Of a DNA stretch of 64,000 bases, positions 52,301 to 63,955 are shown piece by piece. The position numbers were made by a program, and so were the translations under genes. The notes beneath the pieces were generated by a model that was given only the letters and a program-made list of their open reading frames with translations, did not search any database and had not been told where the DNA came from. How positions within the stretch are numbered: the first letter of the stretch is position 1; each line of letters starts with the position of its first letter. The stretch is from positions 62,001-126,000 of the forward strand of contig NIVC01002617.1 of assembly GCA_002269645.1 (NCBI GenBank), written 5' to 3'. Source of the stretch: Macrostomum lignano (lineage: Eukaryota).

Positions 52301-55300
52301 GCGCCGACCGCGCCAGCTCGGCTTCCCGTCGCCGAGTCTCCTCAGCCAACTGTTCGCGCTCCGACTGGCCGCTGGCCGCCGCCGCCTGCACCTTCGACTC
52401 CAGCCGGCTGAGCTCCTCAGCGCTGGCCCGGCACTGCTTCTTGGCCTGGTCCAGATCCCGCTGCAGCTGCTCTGCCGCCGCCTCCCGTCTGCGCCCAGAG
52501 TGTTTGAGGGGAACAGCTATTAGACTGAACTACTGATAGTACTATACTGCTATATTATAATCAAAATCAATTCGATGTCATGGTACACTAACTGGCAATG
52601 CCAAGGACCACCAGCACTATATCACTGGTTTAGAAGTGCTTGTATGTACTCTTATGATCCCATCGGGTTCACCTGGCCAGCTGTTCGCGCAGTCCGGCCG
52701 ATTCCTCCTGGCTGGTGGCCAGCTGCTGCTCCACCTGCTGCAGCAGCTGCTGCCGCTGGCTGACAGCACCTCGCAGCTCGGCCACCTGGCTGTGCAGCCG
52801 CTCCTGAGCCGCCTGGCGCTCGGCCAGCTCCTCCGCCATGCGTTCCGCATCTGCGCCCAGCCGCTGGCACTTGTCCATCAGCTCGGCTCGCTCAGCCCGC
52901 CACTGGCCCTCCCGCTGGCCTAGAGTTCGCTCCAGCTCCTGACGGCGGAGACGCACGGCTTCGAGCTCGCGACCTCGCTCTTCTAGTTGACGCTGCGACT
53001 GCTGCGCCTCGGCCTCGGATCGGCGGGCCCGTTCCTGACTCTCCGTCGAGCGCTGATTGGCGATTTTCAGCTCCTCCTTCAGCTGGCGGATTGCCTGGGA
53101 GGCGGTGAGGCAGAGTAGAGCTACTGATTTTCTAACAGAGATCTTTAAAAGAACAAGTGCTACTTTTTGAAGCTTTCTTTGGATAAAATTGTTTCAAGAT
53201 CAATGAAAAATTGGAAAAAAAACACGTAGAAAATGCCTGCTCACCTCGAATCTCTGATTGGCAGTGCTCATCGCTTCGTTGAATTTCTCCTCCAGAGTCC
53301 TGGCGTCAGTGCGGAGACGCAGCAGCGAGTCGTGCCGCTCGGCGATCTCCGCTGTCAGGGCGTCTCGGGTCTCGTTGGAGCTCGACTGCAGCTTCTGCAG
53401 GCTGTCAGTCAGGCGGCGGACCTGGCGGGTGTGGTGAGGGAGAGTGAAGGGTGAGATGAGGGAGAGTGAGGGGTGAGATAGGGAGAGTGAGGGGTGAGAT
53501 AGGGGAGAGTGAGGGGTGAGATGGGGAGAGTGAGGGGTGAGATGGGGGAGAGTGAGGGGTGAGATGGGGGAGAGTGAGGGGAGAGATAGGGGAGAGTGAG
53601 GGGTGAGATGGAGGAGAGTGAGGGGTGAGATGAGGGAGAGTGAGGGGTGAGATGGGGGAGAGTGAGGGGAGAGATGGGGGAGAGTGAGGGGTGAGATGGG
53701 GGAGAGTGAGGGGTGAGATAGGGGAGAGTGAGGGGTGAGATGAGGGAGAGTGAGGGGTGAGATGAGGGAGAGTGAGGGGTGAGATGGGGGAGAGTGAGGG
53801 GTGAGATGTGGAGAGTGAGGGGTGAGATGAAGTGAAGGATAAGCTGAGATAAAGGTATTAGATAAGGTGATGACATGAAATGCTGATATTAAGGTATGAT
53901 GCGAAGGCATATGATGAAGCCATCAGCAGAAAGGGGTGAGAAGAATGAGTGCTAAGAAGGGATGAGATGAGGGTACGAGATCTGCAGCTATCGGCCCAGC
54001 CCACCTGGTCCAGACAGTCCGCGTGCTGGCTCCGCAGCGTGTCCGCCTCCGACTGCAGCCGACGGGCGAAGGCCTCCTGGCTGGCCGCTTCCTCCTGGGC
54101 GATGCCCAGCTCCCGCCTGAGCTCCCCTGCCTGCTGCTCCAGCTCCTGGCCTCGGGCGTCCGCGGCCGTCAGCTGTTCGAAGGGATTTGGATGGAGAGGG
54201 ATGAAATCCCAGTATGGGATCGGATCCATTTTTGCGAACATTTTTGAGTTAAAAACAAACAAAGACGTTAATAAGTTAGTTGCTATGGCACCTCGCTGCT
54301 TAGTGGCAGTTGTATGACACAGTGGTGCGAAATTGCAGCACAACATTGAGGTGAGCCAAGTTGGAGTGTTTGGTGGCGTTGGAGTCTCTCAGGGACATTG
54401 GGGTTGTGGCGTTGGAGTCTCTCAGTGGTTGTGACTTTGGAGTCTCTGAGGGATTGCGGCTTTGGAGTCTCTCAGTGATATTGAGGTTGTGGCTTTGGAG
54501 TCTCTCAGGGATATTGAGGTTGTGGCTTTGGAGTCTCTCAGGGATATTGAGGTTGTGGCTTTGGAGTCTCTCAGTGATATTGAGGTTGTGGCTTTGGAGT
54601 CTCTCAGTGATATTGAGGTTGTGGCTTTGGAGTCTCTCAGTGATATTGAGGTTGTGGCTTTGGAGTCTCTCAGGGATATTGAGGTTGTGGCTTTGGAGTC
54701 TCTCAGTGATATTGAGGTTGTGGCTTTGGAGTCTCTCAGGGATATTGGGGTTGTGGCTTTGGAGTCTCTGGGGGATATTGGGGTTGTGGCTTTGGAGTCT
54801 CTGAGGGATATTGGGGTTGTGGCTTTGGAGTCTCTGGGGGATATTGGGGTTGTGGCTTTGGAGTCTCTGAGGGATATTGGGGTTGTGGCTTTGGAGTCTC
54901 TCAGGGATATTGGGGTTGTGGCTTTGGAGTCTCTGGGGGATTTTGGGGTTGTAGCTTTCGAGTCTCTGGGGGATATTGGGGTTGTGGCTTTGGAGTCTCT
55001 GGAGGATATTGGGGTTGTGGCTTTGGAGTCTCTCAGGGATTGCGGCTTTGGAGTCTCTCAGGGATATTGAGGTTGTGGCTTTGGAGACTCTGAGGGATAT
55101 TGGGGTTGTAGCTTTGGAGTCTCTGAGGGATATTGGGGTTGTGGCTTTGGAGTCTCTGGGGGATATTGGGGTTGTGGCTTTGGAGTCTCTCAGGGATTGC
55201 GGCTTTGGAGTCTCTCAGGGATTGCGGCTTTGGAGTCTCTCAGGGATTGTGGCTTTGGAGTCTCTCAGGGATTGTAGCTTTGGAGTCTCTCAGGGATTGC

Positions 55301-58300
55301 GGCTTTGGAGTCTCCCAGGGATATTGGGGTTGTGGCTTTGGAGTCTCTCAGGGATTGTGGCTTTGGAGTCTCTCAGGGATTGCGGCTTTGGAGTCTCTCA
55401 GGGATTGTGGCTTTGGAGTCTCTCAGGGATTGCGGCTTTGGAGTCTCTCAGGGATTGTAGCTTTGGAGTCTCTCAGGGATTGCGGCTTTGGAGTCTCTCA
55501 GGGATTGTAGCTTTGGAGTCTCTCAGGGATTGCGGCTTTGGAGTCTCTAAGGGATATTGGGGTTGTGGCTTTGGAGTCTCTCAGGGATATTGGGGTTGTG
55601 GCTTTGGAGTCTCTCAGGGATATTGGGGTTGTGGCTTTGGAGTCTCTCAGGGATTGTGGCTTTGGAGTCTCTCAGGGATTGCGGCTTTGGAGTCTCTCAG
55701 GGATATTGAGGTTGTGGCTTTGGAGACTCTGAGGGATATTGGGGTTGTAGCTTTGGAGTCTCTGAGGGATATTGGGGTTGTGGCTTTGGAGTCTCTGGGG
55801 GATATTGGGGTTGTGGCTTTGGAGTCTCTCAGGGATTGCGGCTTTGGAGTCTCTCAGGGATTGCGGCTTTGGAGTCTCTCAGGGATTGTGGCTTTGGAGT
55901 CTCTCAGGGATTGTAGCTTTGGAGTCTCTCAGGGATTGCGGCTTTGGAGTCTCCCAGGGATATTGGGGTTGTGGCTTTGGAGTCTCTCAGGGATTGCGGC
56001 TTTGGAGTCTCCCAGGGATATTGGGGTTGTGGCTTTGGAGTCTCTCAGGGATTGTGGCTTTGGAGTCTCTCAGGGATTGCGGCTTTGGAGTCTCTCAGGG
56101 ATTGTGGCTTTGGAGTCTCTCAGGGATTGCGGCTTTGGAGTCTCTCAGGGATTGTAGCTTTGGAGTCTCTCAGTGATTGCGGCTTTGGAGTCTCTCAGGG
56201 ATATTGGGGTTGTGGCTTTGGAGTCTCTCAGGGATATTGGGGTTGTGGCTTTGGAGTCTCTCAGGGATATTGAGGTTGTGGCTTTGGAGTCTCTCAGGGA
56301 TTGCGGCTTTGGAGTCTCTCAGGGATTGTGGCTTTGGAGTCTCTCAGGGATTGTAGCTTTGGAGTCTCTCAGGGATTGCGGCTTTGGAGTCTCCCAGGGA
56401 TATTGGGGTTGTGGCTTTGGAGTCTCTCAGGGATTGTGGCTTTGGAGTCTCTCAGGGATTGCGGCTTTGGAGTCTCTCAGGGATTGTGGCTTTGGAGTCT
56501 CTCAGGGATTGTAGCTTTGGAGTCTCTCAGGGATTGCGGCTTTGGAGTCTCCCAGGGATATTGGGGTTGTGGCTTTGGAGTCTCTCAGGGATTGCGGCTT
56601 TGGAGTCTCTCAGGGATTGTAGCTTTGGAGTCTCTCAGGGATTGCGGCTTTGGAGTCTCTCAGGGATATTGGGGTTGTGGCTTTGGAGTCTCTCAGGGAT
56701 ATTGGGGTTGTGGCTTTGGAGTCTCTCAGGGATATTGGGGTTGTGGCTTTGGAGTCTCTCAGGGATTGTGGCTTTGGAGTCTCTCAGGGATTGCGGCTTT
56801 GGAGTCTCTCAGGGATATTGGGGTTGTGGCTTTGGAGTCTGAGGGATATTGGGGTTGTGGCTTTGGAGTCTCTCAGGGATTGCGGCTTTGGAGTCTCTCA
56901 GGGATTGCGGCTTTGGAGTCTCTCAGGGACATTGGGATTGTGGCTTTGGAGTCTCTCAGTGATATTGAGGTTGTGGCTTTGGAGTCTCTGAGGGATATTG
57001 GGGTTGTGGCTTTGGAGTCTCTGAGGGATATTGGGGTTGTGGCTTTGGAGTCTCTGAGGGATATTGGGGTTGTGGCTTTAGAGTCTCTGAGGGATATTGG
57101 GGTTGTGGCTTTGGAGTCTCTGGGGGATATTGGGGTTGTGGCTTTGGAGTCTGAGGGATATTGGGGTTGTGGCTTTGGAGTCTCTGAGGGATATTGGGGT
57201 TGTGCATTTGGAATCTCTCAGGCATATTAGGATTGTGGCTTTGGAGTCTCTCAGGGATATTAAGGTTGTGGCTTTGAGGTTTCTCGGGATATTGGCATTG
57301 GGGTTGTGTCCTTGGGGTCTCAGAAAGACAATGTCCAGTTCAGAGTTACAGCAATGTTGATCAAAAAACTTCAGCAGCACAAAAGTTGTCAGATATTGGC
57401 ACACCATGGGTTTCTCGCTGCTCTTATAAGTAAAAAAAACAGATCAGAGCTAATGGAAAGGCCATAGAGAAAAGAGGAAAATGCAGCAGCGCAGTCGCAA
57501 TCACTCTGGTACCTCTTCAGTGCGGTTTCTCAGGCTGCCATCTAAGTGGTCAACCTTCACCCGGAGCCGGTCCAGCTGGAATGCGCGGTGCGCGGAGTGT
57601 CATCGAGGACAAGTCCTTATTGCACTGCCTCAGCTCTGATCCCATCTCCCCTCACTGTCTGATCCCCTCTCCCCTCACTGTCTGATCCCCTCTCCCCTCA
57701 CTGTCTGATCCCCTCTCCCTCTCACTGTCTGATCCCTCTCCGCTCACTGTCTGATCCCCTCTCCCCTCACTGTCTGATCCCCTTTCCCCTCACTGTCTGA
57801 TCCCTCTCCCTCTCACTGTCTGATCCCCTCTCCCCTCACTGTCTGATCCCCTCTCCCCTCACTGTCTGATCCCCTCTCCCCTCACTGTCTGATCCCCTCT
57901 CCCCTCACTGTCTGATCCCCTCTCCCTCTCACTGTCTGATCCCCTCTCCCCTCACTGTCTGATACTCTCTCCCCTCACTGTCTGATCCCCTCTCCCCTCA
58001 CTGTCTGATCCCCTCTCCCCTCACTGTCTGATCCCCTCTCCCCTCACTGTCTGATCCCCTCTCCCCTCACTGTCTGATCCCCTCTCCCCTCACTGTCTGA
58101 TCCCCTCTCCCCTCACTGTCTGATCCCCTCTCCCTCTCACTGTCTGATCCCCTCTTCCCTCACTGTCTGATCCCACCTCCCAAAAAGCCCCAAGCAGGAA
58201 GCGAGCCCCTACCTCAATCAGCAGCTGCTCCTTGGCCTCCTGGCCCTGTCCGAGCTCCTGACGCAGCTTCCCAATAGTTTCGTCGCGTCGCTTGAGCTCT

Positions 58301-61300
58301 GATTTGAGCAGCTCCACCCGGTCGCCGCTGCCGGCTTCAACGCCGCGGCACCGCGCCTGCAGCCGCGCCAACTCGTCGCTGTCGCGTTGTCGCTGTTCGC
58401 GAGCTTCGGCCAGGTCGGCTTCCAGCGACTTGACGCGACGCTCCGACTGCAGAGTCTGTTTTTGGAAAAAATCGTGGGAGAAATAATTAAGTAGTATCAG
58501 TAGCGTTTTTTATATGATTTTAGGTCTAGGTTGAAAACCGGTGGGTAAACGGCGCGAGTAGCAAGCCGTGGATGAACAACAAAACGACTCTTCATCTCAT
58601 TAGTTTTGACTCACATCGTGAGCACTCCGTCTGAGCTTCTCCTCCAGGCAGCGCACAGCCGCAGTCGAGTCCGACTCAGTCTTGGCAGCCGTGGCCTGCA
58701 GAGCCTTCAGGGATGTCGTCAGCTCGCGGATTTTGGCATCGCGTTCCTCCACCTGGTAGAAATTCAATGAGATCTTTGAGATTGCTGCACTAGATCTTTG
58801 AGATCGCTAGTCTAGATCAATTTTTTAAGCTACCAAAAAACGTAATATGCAGAATATATAAAATATAAAGATAGAAAGATAAAGTCGCAGATCTACAAGA
58901 TCTACAAGACAGAAACCCAGATCTACAAGATAAACTCACAGATCTAAAGGATAGAAGCGCTGATCTACAAGATAGAATCGCAGATCTACAAGATGGAATC
59001 ACAGATCTACAAAGATATAATCGCAGATCTACAAGATAGAATCGCAGATCTACAAAAATAGAATCGCAGATCTACAAGATAGAATCGCAGATCTACAAAG
59101 ATAGAATCGCAGATCTACAAGATAGAATCGCAGATCTACAAGAAAGAATCGCAGATCTACAAGAAAGAATCGCAGATCTACAAGATAGAATCGCAGATCT
59201 ACAAGATAGAATCGCAGATCTACAAGATAGAATCGCAGATCTACAGATAGAATAGCAGTTCTACAAGATAGAATCGCAGATCTACAAGATAGAATCGCAG
59301 ATCTACAAGATAGAATCGCAGATCTACAAGATAGAATCGCAGATCTACAAGATAGAATCGCAGATCTACAAGATAGAATCGCAGATCTACAAGGATATAA
59401 TCGCAGATCTACAAGATAGAATCGCAGATCTACAAGATAGAATCGCAGATCTACAAGATAGAATCGCAGATCTACAAGATAGAATCGCAGATCTACAAGA
59501 TAGAATCGCAGATCTACAAGATAGAATCGCAGATCTACAAGGATATAATCGCAGATCTACAAGGATATAATCGCAGATCTACAAGATAGAATCGCAGATC
59601 TACAAGATAGAATCGCAGATCTACAAGATAGAATCGCAGATCTACAATATAACAGAAATCTACCATGGCCAACTCCCAGTTCCATACAAGCAAACACAAA
59701 GCTACAGAAGCCGCAGAATCCCTGGCCCCATCGCACCTGTTTCTTCATCTGGCGCACCCGGTCCCGGCTGGCCGCCAGCTCCGCCTGGGTGTCCAACTCG
59801 GCCAGAGCAGCTTCGCCGCCAGCCGCCGCCGGTGCCGCTCCAGCCTGCATGTTGAACGCCATCAAGGTGAGCCCAGATAAGAGCTGACTGAGATTGAGAA
59901 TCTCTATTCTTATAGCATACAGAAGTGAACTCAGAGACTCGCAAACCCTTAGCCAATAAACACAGGGATCAGTCCTCTGGGACCTGAATTCCTTGCTTGC
60001 TTCTGCCTTGCTTCTATCCCCAATTCTCCTTCTTTCCCCTCTCTCTTCCACTCACCACTTCTTTGCTTCAACTTCCTGTGTTCCAAAGCAGCCAGCAAAA
60101 ATATTTGAACTGAGAAATTGGCCAAGTCTGGCCATCGTGATAAAACATAGATTTACCGGCTTTAACTTTAAAGTCAACCTCTCTCTCTCTCTCTCTCTGT
60201 GTGCATCTGGTTCAGTTTGTATTGGTTGCCATGGTGACGCTTTCAAATCGATAGTAAGAGTAAGAGAATAGTAGAATTGTTGAGCAATCTATTGAATTTC
60301 TAACAATGGTAGAAATTTGACACTCTCTCTAAGCTATTTCTATTCCGGAATGATATTTTTGAATCAAGGACCGCTAAAATTAGATGGACAAGACACTGTG
60401 TTTCTTCGAAAAAAAGGTGGAATTCTCTTATTTTCCTACTAGTGTTTGTTAAAATTGATAGTTTATAACTGTTGTTTTCCGCAAAATTATTTAAAAAAAT
60501 ACAAAACCTAAGCCTTCAAAAAAACTCCAAGAAACGAAGAGCCCCCCCCCCCCAGTCGATGTTCATTACTCTTTTATTAGCTAAGTTTCTACTGGTAATA
60601 CTAATAGTTTTGGCTTGGACTGGGCGCTTCTTTCCAGTCCAGGTACGAGCATTCAGAAGTCCCTGTGTATAAAATTCCTGTACAGGGACGACTGCTCTGG
60701 TTCCTAGCTCAGCTTCCGGCCTCTCGGCAGTCCATGAACAGAGGCGCCGAGTGCTTCAGCTTCTCAAAAAAGGTCTCGTTGATGAACGAGTCCAATGGGA
60801 ATCGTCAATCATATTAGACTCGAGAGTAGGGGAGTGAAAAAGGTGTTGGATGATTAATTTACTGTTTAATGGATTCCAGCCAGTGTAAGGAAATTTTTCA
60901 GAAAATTCAATAGAGCATCAGTTTAATATATAATAGGCATTCAATAGTTCAGGTACAAAATAGCTGCTGTATAAATATGAATAGCATTGCAGTAAAATTG
61001 TGTCTGATATAATTCGAATTGCAAAGCTTTAACTTTTTAAATTTCGCTAATAAGAAAAGCATTTCATGCGATTAAATACCAGTATGTTGGCGCGAAATTT
61101 CTCCCACCTTGATAGACTAATTCTGCCTACTTGAAGTAGTAGCATTCTTGCGTGTCTATGGCTCAAAATGGGTGTCAGACTATGGCCCACAATGTGTGTC
61201 AGATTATAGCCCACAATGTGTGTCAGACTATAGCCCACAATGTGTGTCAGACTATGACCCACAATGTGTTGTCAGACTATGACCCACAATGTATATCAGA

Positions 61301-63126
61301 CTATAGCCCACAATGTGTGTCAGACTATGACCCACAATGTGTTGTCAGACTATGACCCACAATGTATATCAGACTATAGCCCACAATGTGTGTCAGACTA
61401 TGACCCACAATGTGTTGTCAGACTATGACCCACAATGTATATCAGACTATGGCCCAAAATGTGTGTCAGACTATGACCCACAATGTGTTGTCAGACTATG
61501 ACCCACAATGTATATCAGACTATAGCCCACAATGTGTGTCAGACTATGACCCACAATGTGTTGTCAGACTATGACCCACAATGTGTGTCAGACTATGGCC
61601 CACAATGTGTGTCAGACTATAGCCCACAATGTGTGTCAGACTATGGCCCACAATGTGTGTCAGACAAAAGCCAAAATGCACCAAAGAGAGTTCAATTACA
61701 TGGTACAAAGCAAAGCAAAGCATAAATAATTTGAGTCAATGAGACTCCAACTAGAAGCACCATACCTAACTACAATAGTTATAGTATATATGACTTATAC
61801 TCGTATATTAGAATTACCTGAGCCCTGTCCTGCGGTGTGTCAATCACCGAGGGCATTGTTGATGTTGAATAATCGCTTCGCTGCGAAGGTGTGCATTTGT
61901 GTTTTTTAAAAATAAAATAGACAAATCTTATCACTTAGCCATTCAGCCACTAATCAGACAGGGTCCACCAGGAGCGAAAAAAAACTTAGCCAGATTTTCT
62001 TTAACCTCCTGCTCAGGTAGGTTTACCTAGTGACAAAGACAGCTCAGCCGCTGAAAGCTACCTGATCTCATCTACCTGAGACACGGGCAGCTCAGCCGCT
62101 GAAAGCTACCTGATTTCATCTACCTGAAACACGGGCAGCTCAGCCACTGAAAGCTACCTGATCTCATCTACCTGAGACACGGGCAGCTCAGCCGCTGAAA
62201 GCTACCTGATCTCATCTACCTGAAACACGGGCAGCTCAGCCGCTGAAAGCTACCTGATCTCATCTACCTGAGACACGGGCAGCTCAGCCGCTGAAAGCTA
62301 CCTGATCTCATCTACCTGAAACACGGGCAGCTCAGCCGCTGAAAGCTACCTGATCTCATCTACCTGAAACACGGGCAGCTCAGCCGCTGAAAGCTACCTG
62401 ATCTCATCTACCTGAGACACAGGCAGCTCAGCCGCTGAAAGCTACCTGATTTCATCTACCTGAAACACGGGCAGCTCAGCCGCTGAAAGCTACCTGATCT
62501 CATCTACCTGAGACACGGGCAGCTCAGCCGCTGAAAGCTACCTGATCTCATCTACCTGAGACACGGGCAGCTCAGCCGCTGAAAGCTACCTGATCTCATC
62601 TACCTGAAACACGGGCAGCTCAGCCGCTGAAAGCTACCTGATCTCATCTACCTGAGACACGGGCAGCTCAGCCTCAAGTGCGTGGTCATCAGCCAGGGAC
62701 ACGCACCCTGAGGGCGAAGTGTACCTACAATCTCAAAGAGACCGTCTTTACTTTACTGCCTCCTCATTGCTGTCAATCTGAGTATTACGCTACTTATAGT
62801 AGTCCATAGGTGCATGAGTCCAAAAAAATGGACAGAAAATAGCAGCAAAAAGCGCTCACCTGAGTAGACGGCACCGAAGACAGGAAGTCCACCGTGCTGC
62901 CGGTGCCGCCGAACACGGACTCGGGGTCCAGGGCGAGGAATTTGCCTCGATCGAACTCCAGTCGGCCGGTTGACCTTGCCGATTTCACGGCACGAACCAG
63001 CGCGTCCAGGTCGTGCTGCAGGCAGGCGTTCTCTTCGCGCAATTCGCCAACGCTGGCCGCTGCCGCCGCCGCGGCTGCCGATTCTTCGCTTAGTCTGGAC
63101 AGCTCCCGCTTCTGGGAGGCGTATTC
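40361..63126 (-). CDS. PMFBP1-like giant coiled-coil protein, 5'-incomplete (>2000 aa); 22 exons: 63126-62860, 61880-61818, 59844-59737, 58752-58615, 58455-58213, 57575-57513, 54172-54005, 53421-53245, 53094-52673, 52488-52107, 51515-51264, 50798-50703, 50624-50541, 49285-48881, 48607-48188, 47889-47317, 46846-46473, 45518-44810, 44195-43762, 43341-42661, 41073-40981, 40449-40361
   Basis: Heptad-rich E/Q/R/A/L exons join in phase, except for a 1-nt deficit near 43800. The segment DSELVVSNVNTWVADQKAANEKLGKKIREQSRAIAAL resembles my recollection of the PMFBP1 C-terminal motif (..[32 protein letters not shown]). The gene model is strong; the family name is moderately supported. Confidence 0.8.
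40505..40880. repeat. ~29-30-bp intronic minisatellite (GATGCCAAGACTCAAGGGGGAATTACTGA)
   Basis: Tandem units read directly. Confidence 0.93.
41775..42425. repeat. 23-bp intronic minisatellite (GGTTGCCACTAAGGTCACTCTTT)
   Basis: Tandem units read directly. Confidence 0.95.
43365..43690. repeat. 14-bp intronic minisatellite (GAGGCTGGAAGGA[C/T])
   Basis: Tandem units read directly. Confidence 0.95.
44273..44625 (-). mobile_element. tRNA-derived SINE, copy 3
   Basis: Reverse complement matches copies 1 and 2 over head, core and tail. Confidence 0.88.
45610..45905 (-). mobile_element. tRNA-derived SINE, copy 4 (divergent subfamily)
   Basis: Shared core (GGCACAGAGAGTGTACATGCC...GCTGTACAC) and the GCGGAATGGGCAG tail motif. 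Head GGTAGCTCAGCAGTAAAAGCG...GGTTCGATTCC. Confidence 0.8.
45886..46393. repeat. 19-bp minisatellite (TTACTGCTGAGCTACCGGT) continuous with the 5' end of SINE copy 4
   Basis: About 27 near-perfect units. Confidence 0.95.
46975..47185. repeat. ~38-bp degenerate intronic minisatellite (GTAGAGTTTTTAGAACTGGGG..TGTACACTGGGG)
   Basis: About 5 units. Confidence 0.8.
47920..48160. repeat. 15-19-bp intronic minisatellite (GTGTGATCCCATCC core)
   Basis: Tandem units read directly. Confidence 0.85.
49310..50480. repeat. 22-bp intronic minisatellite (GGGTGATTCGGGTTATTATGGT)
   Basis: About 50 units. Confidence 0.95.
50810..50885 (-). mobile_element. SINE core fragment, copy 5
   Basis: GGGTGTACAGC...CGTCAGGCATGTACACTGCGCCTTGG matches the core of copy 4. 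Confidence 0.65.
50915..51235. repeat. 21-bp minisatellite (AGATCTACAAGATAGAATCGC family), degenerate array
   Basis: Same unit as 58880-59645. Confidence 0.9.
51530..52050. repeat. 16-bp intronic minisatellite (GTGGTGGGTGATTGGG)
   Basis: Tandem units read directly. Confidence 0.93.
53430..53835. repeat. 21-bp intronic minisatellite (GGGAGAGTGAGGGGTGAGATG)
   Basis: Tandem units read directly. Confidence 0.93.
54360..57290. repeat. ~2.9-kb composite minisatellite of 25-bp and 33-bp units sharing GGCTTTGGAGTCTCTCAGGGAT
   Basis: Read directly. It explains the LESLRDIGVVA / LWLWSLSG ORFs. Confidence 0.97.
57635..58175. repeat. 23-bp intronic minisatellite (GATCCCCTCTCCCCTCACTGTCT)
   Basis: Tandem units read directly. 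Confidence 0.95.
58880..59645. repeat. 21-bp minisatellite (AGATCTACAAGATAGAATCGC), homogeneous array
   Basis: About 35 units. Confidence 0.95.
60225..60238. promoter_or_regulatory. RFX X-box-like motif GTTGCCATGGTGAC
   Basis: One deviation from the canonical GTTNCCATGGNAAC and fits the relaxed RYYNYY-WW-RRNRAC. It lies in an intron of a probable centriolar gene. Confidence 0.45.
61175..61665. repeat. 24/25-bp intronic minisatellite (TGTCAGACTATGACCCACAATGTG)
   Basis: Tandem units read directly. Confidence 0.93.
62040..62672. repeat. 48-bp intronic minisatellite (AGCTCAGCCGCTGAAAGCTACCTGATCTCATCTACCTGAGACACGGGC)
   Basis: About 13 near-perfect units. Confidence 0.95.
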
Positions 63127-63224
63127 CTGTAAAATTCACGATTGCAATAAATTTGCACAGGTTTACTACTGCGTATAGTAGCAAGTGCGGCGTGTTTTCT
63201 TTGGCTAAGAGCTCGCAGGCTCAT

Positions 63225-63955
63225 GGGGGGGGAAGCGCCATCATAGGGAAGCGCCATCGTGGGGGAAGCGCCATCGTGGGAGAAGTGCAATCGTGTCGAA
63301 GCGCCATCGTGGGGGGGAGCGCCATCGTGGGGGGGGGGGGGGAAGCGCCATCGTGGGGGGGGGAAGCGCCATCGTGGGGGAAGCGCCATCGTGGGAGAAG
63401 TGCAATCATGTCGAAGCGCCATCGTGGGGGGGAGCGCCATCGTGGGGGGGGGAGCGCCATCATAGGGAAGCGCCATCGTGGGGGAAGCGCCATCGTGGGA
63501 GAAGTGCAATCGTGTCGAAGCGCCATCGTGGGAGAAGCGCCATCGTGGGGAAGCGCCATCGTGGGAGAATCGCCATCGTGGGGGGGGGAAGCGCCATCAT
63601 GGAGGGGGAAGCGCCATCGTGGGGGGGAAGCGCCATCGTGGGGGGGGAAGCGCCATCGTGGGGGGGGGAAGCGCCATCGTGGGGGAAGCGCCATCGTGGG
63701 GGGGAAGCGCCATCGTGGGGGGGGAAGCGCCATCGTGGGGGAAGCGCCATCGTGGGAGAAGTGCAATCGTGTCGAAGCGCCATCGTGGGGGGGGGAGCGC
63801 CATCGTGGGGGGGGGGAAGCGCCATCATAGGGAAGCGCCATCGTGGGAAAGCGCCATCGTGGGGAAGCGCCATCGTGGGAGAAGCGCCATCGTGGGGAAG
63901 CGCCATCGTGGGAGAAGCGCCATCGTGGGGAAGCGCCATCGTGGGGAAGCGCCAT
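63225..63955. repeat. ~18-20-bp minisatellite (GGGG[G]nAAGCGCCATCGTG)
   Basis: Tandem units with variable G-run length. Confidence 0.93.

Noticed and set aside
42877-54317. Plus-strand ORFs antisense to the coiled-coil exons
   Set aside because: They are shadow frames of GC-rich coding sequence. Splice signals and heptad composition support only the minus strand.
54361-57407. Many long repetitive ORFs (LESLRDIGVVA, LWLWSLSG)
   Set aside because: They are stop-free frames of an intronic minisatellite. The same applies to ORFs at 1689-2370, 38237-38915, 51470-52102, 53200-53910 and 62970-63969.
60690-60830. Codon-like stretch (LDSFINETFFEKLKHSAPLFMDCREAGS*) on the minus strand
   Set aside because: It ends in a stop, has no usable splice sites in phase with the host gene, and has no recognisable homology.
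62040-62672. CRISPR-like appearance of regular 20-48 bp repeats, here and elsewhere
   Set aside because: Units are directly tandem with no unique spacers, there are no cas genes, and the context is eukaryotic introns.
62040-62672. Repeated CAG|GTAG motifs on the sense strand as recursive splice sites
   Set aside because: The donor part (GTAGAT/GTAGCT) is weak and the intron is only about 1 kb. Not supportable without junction reads.
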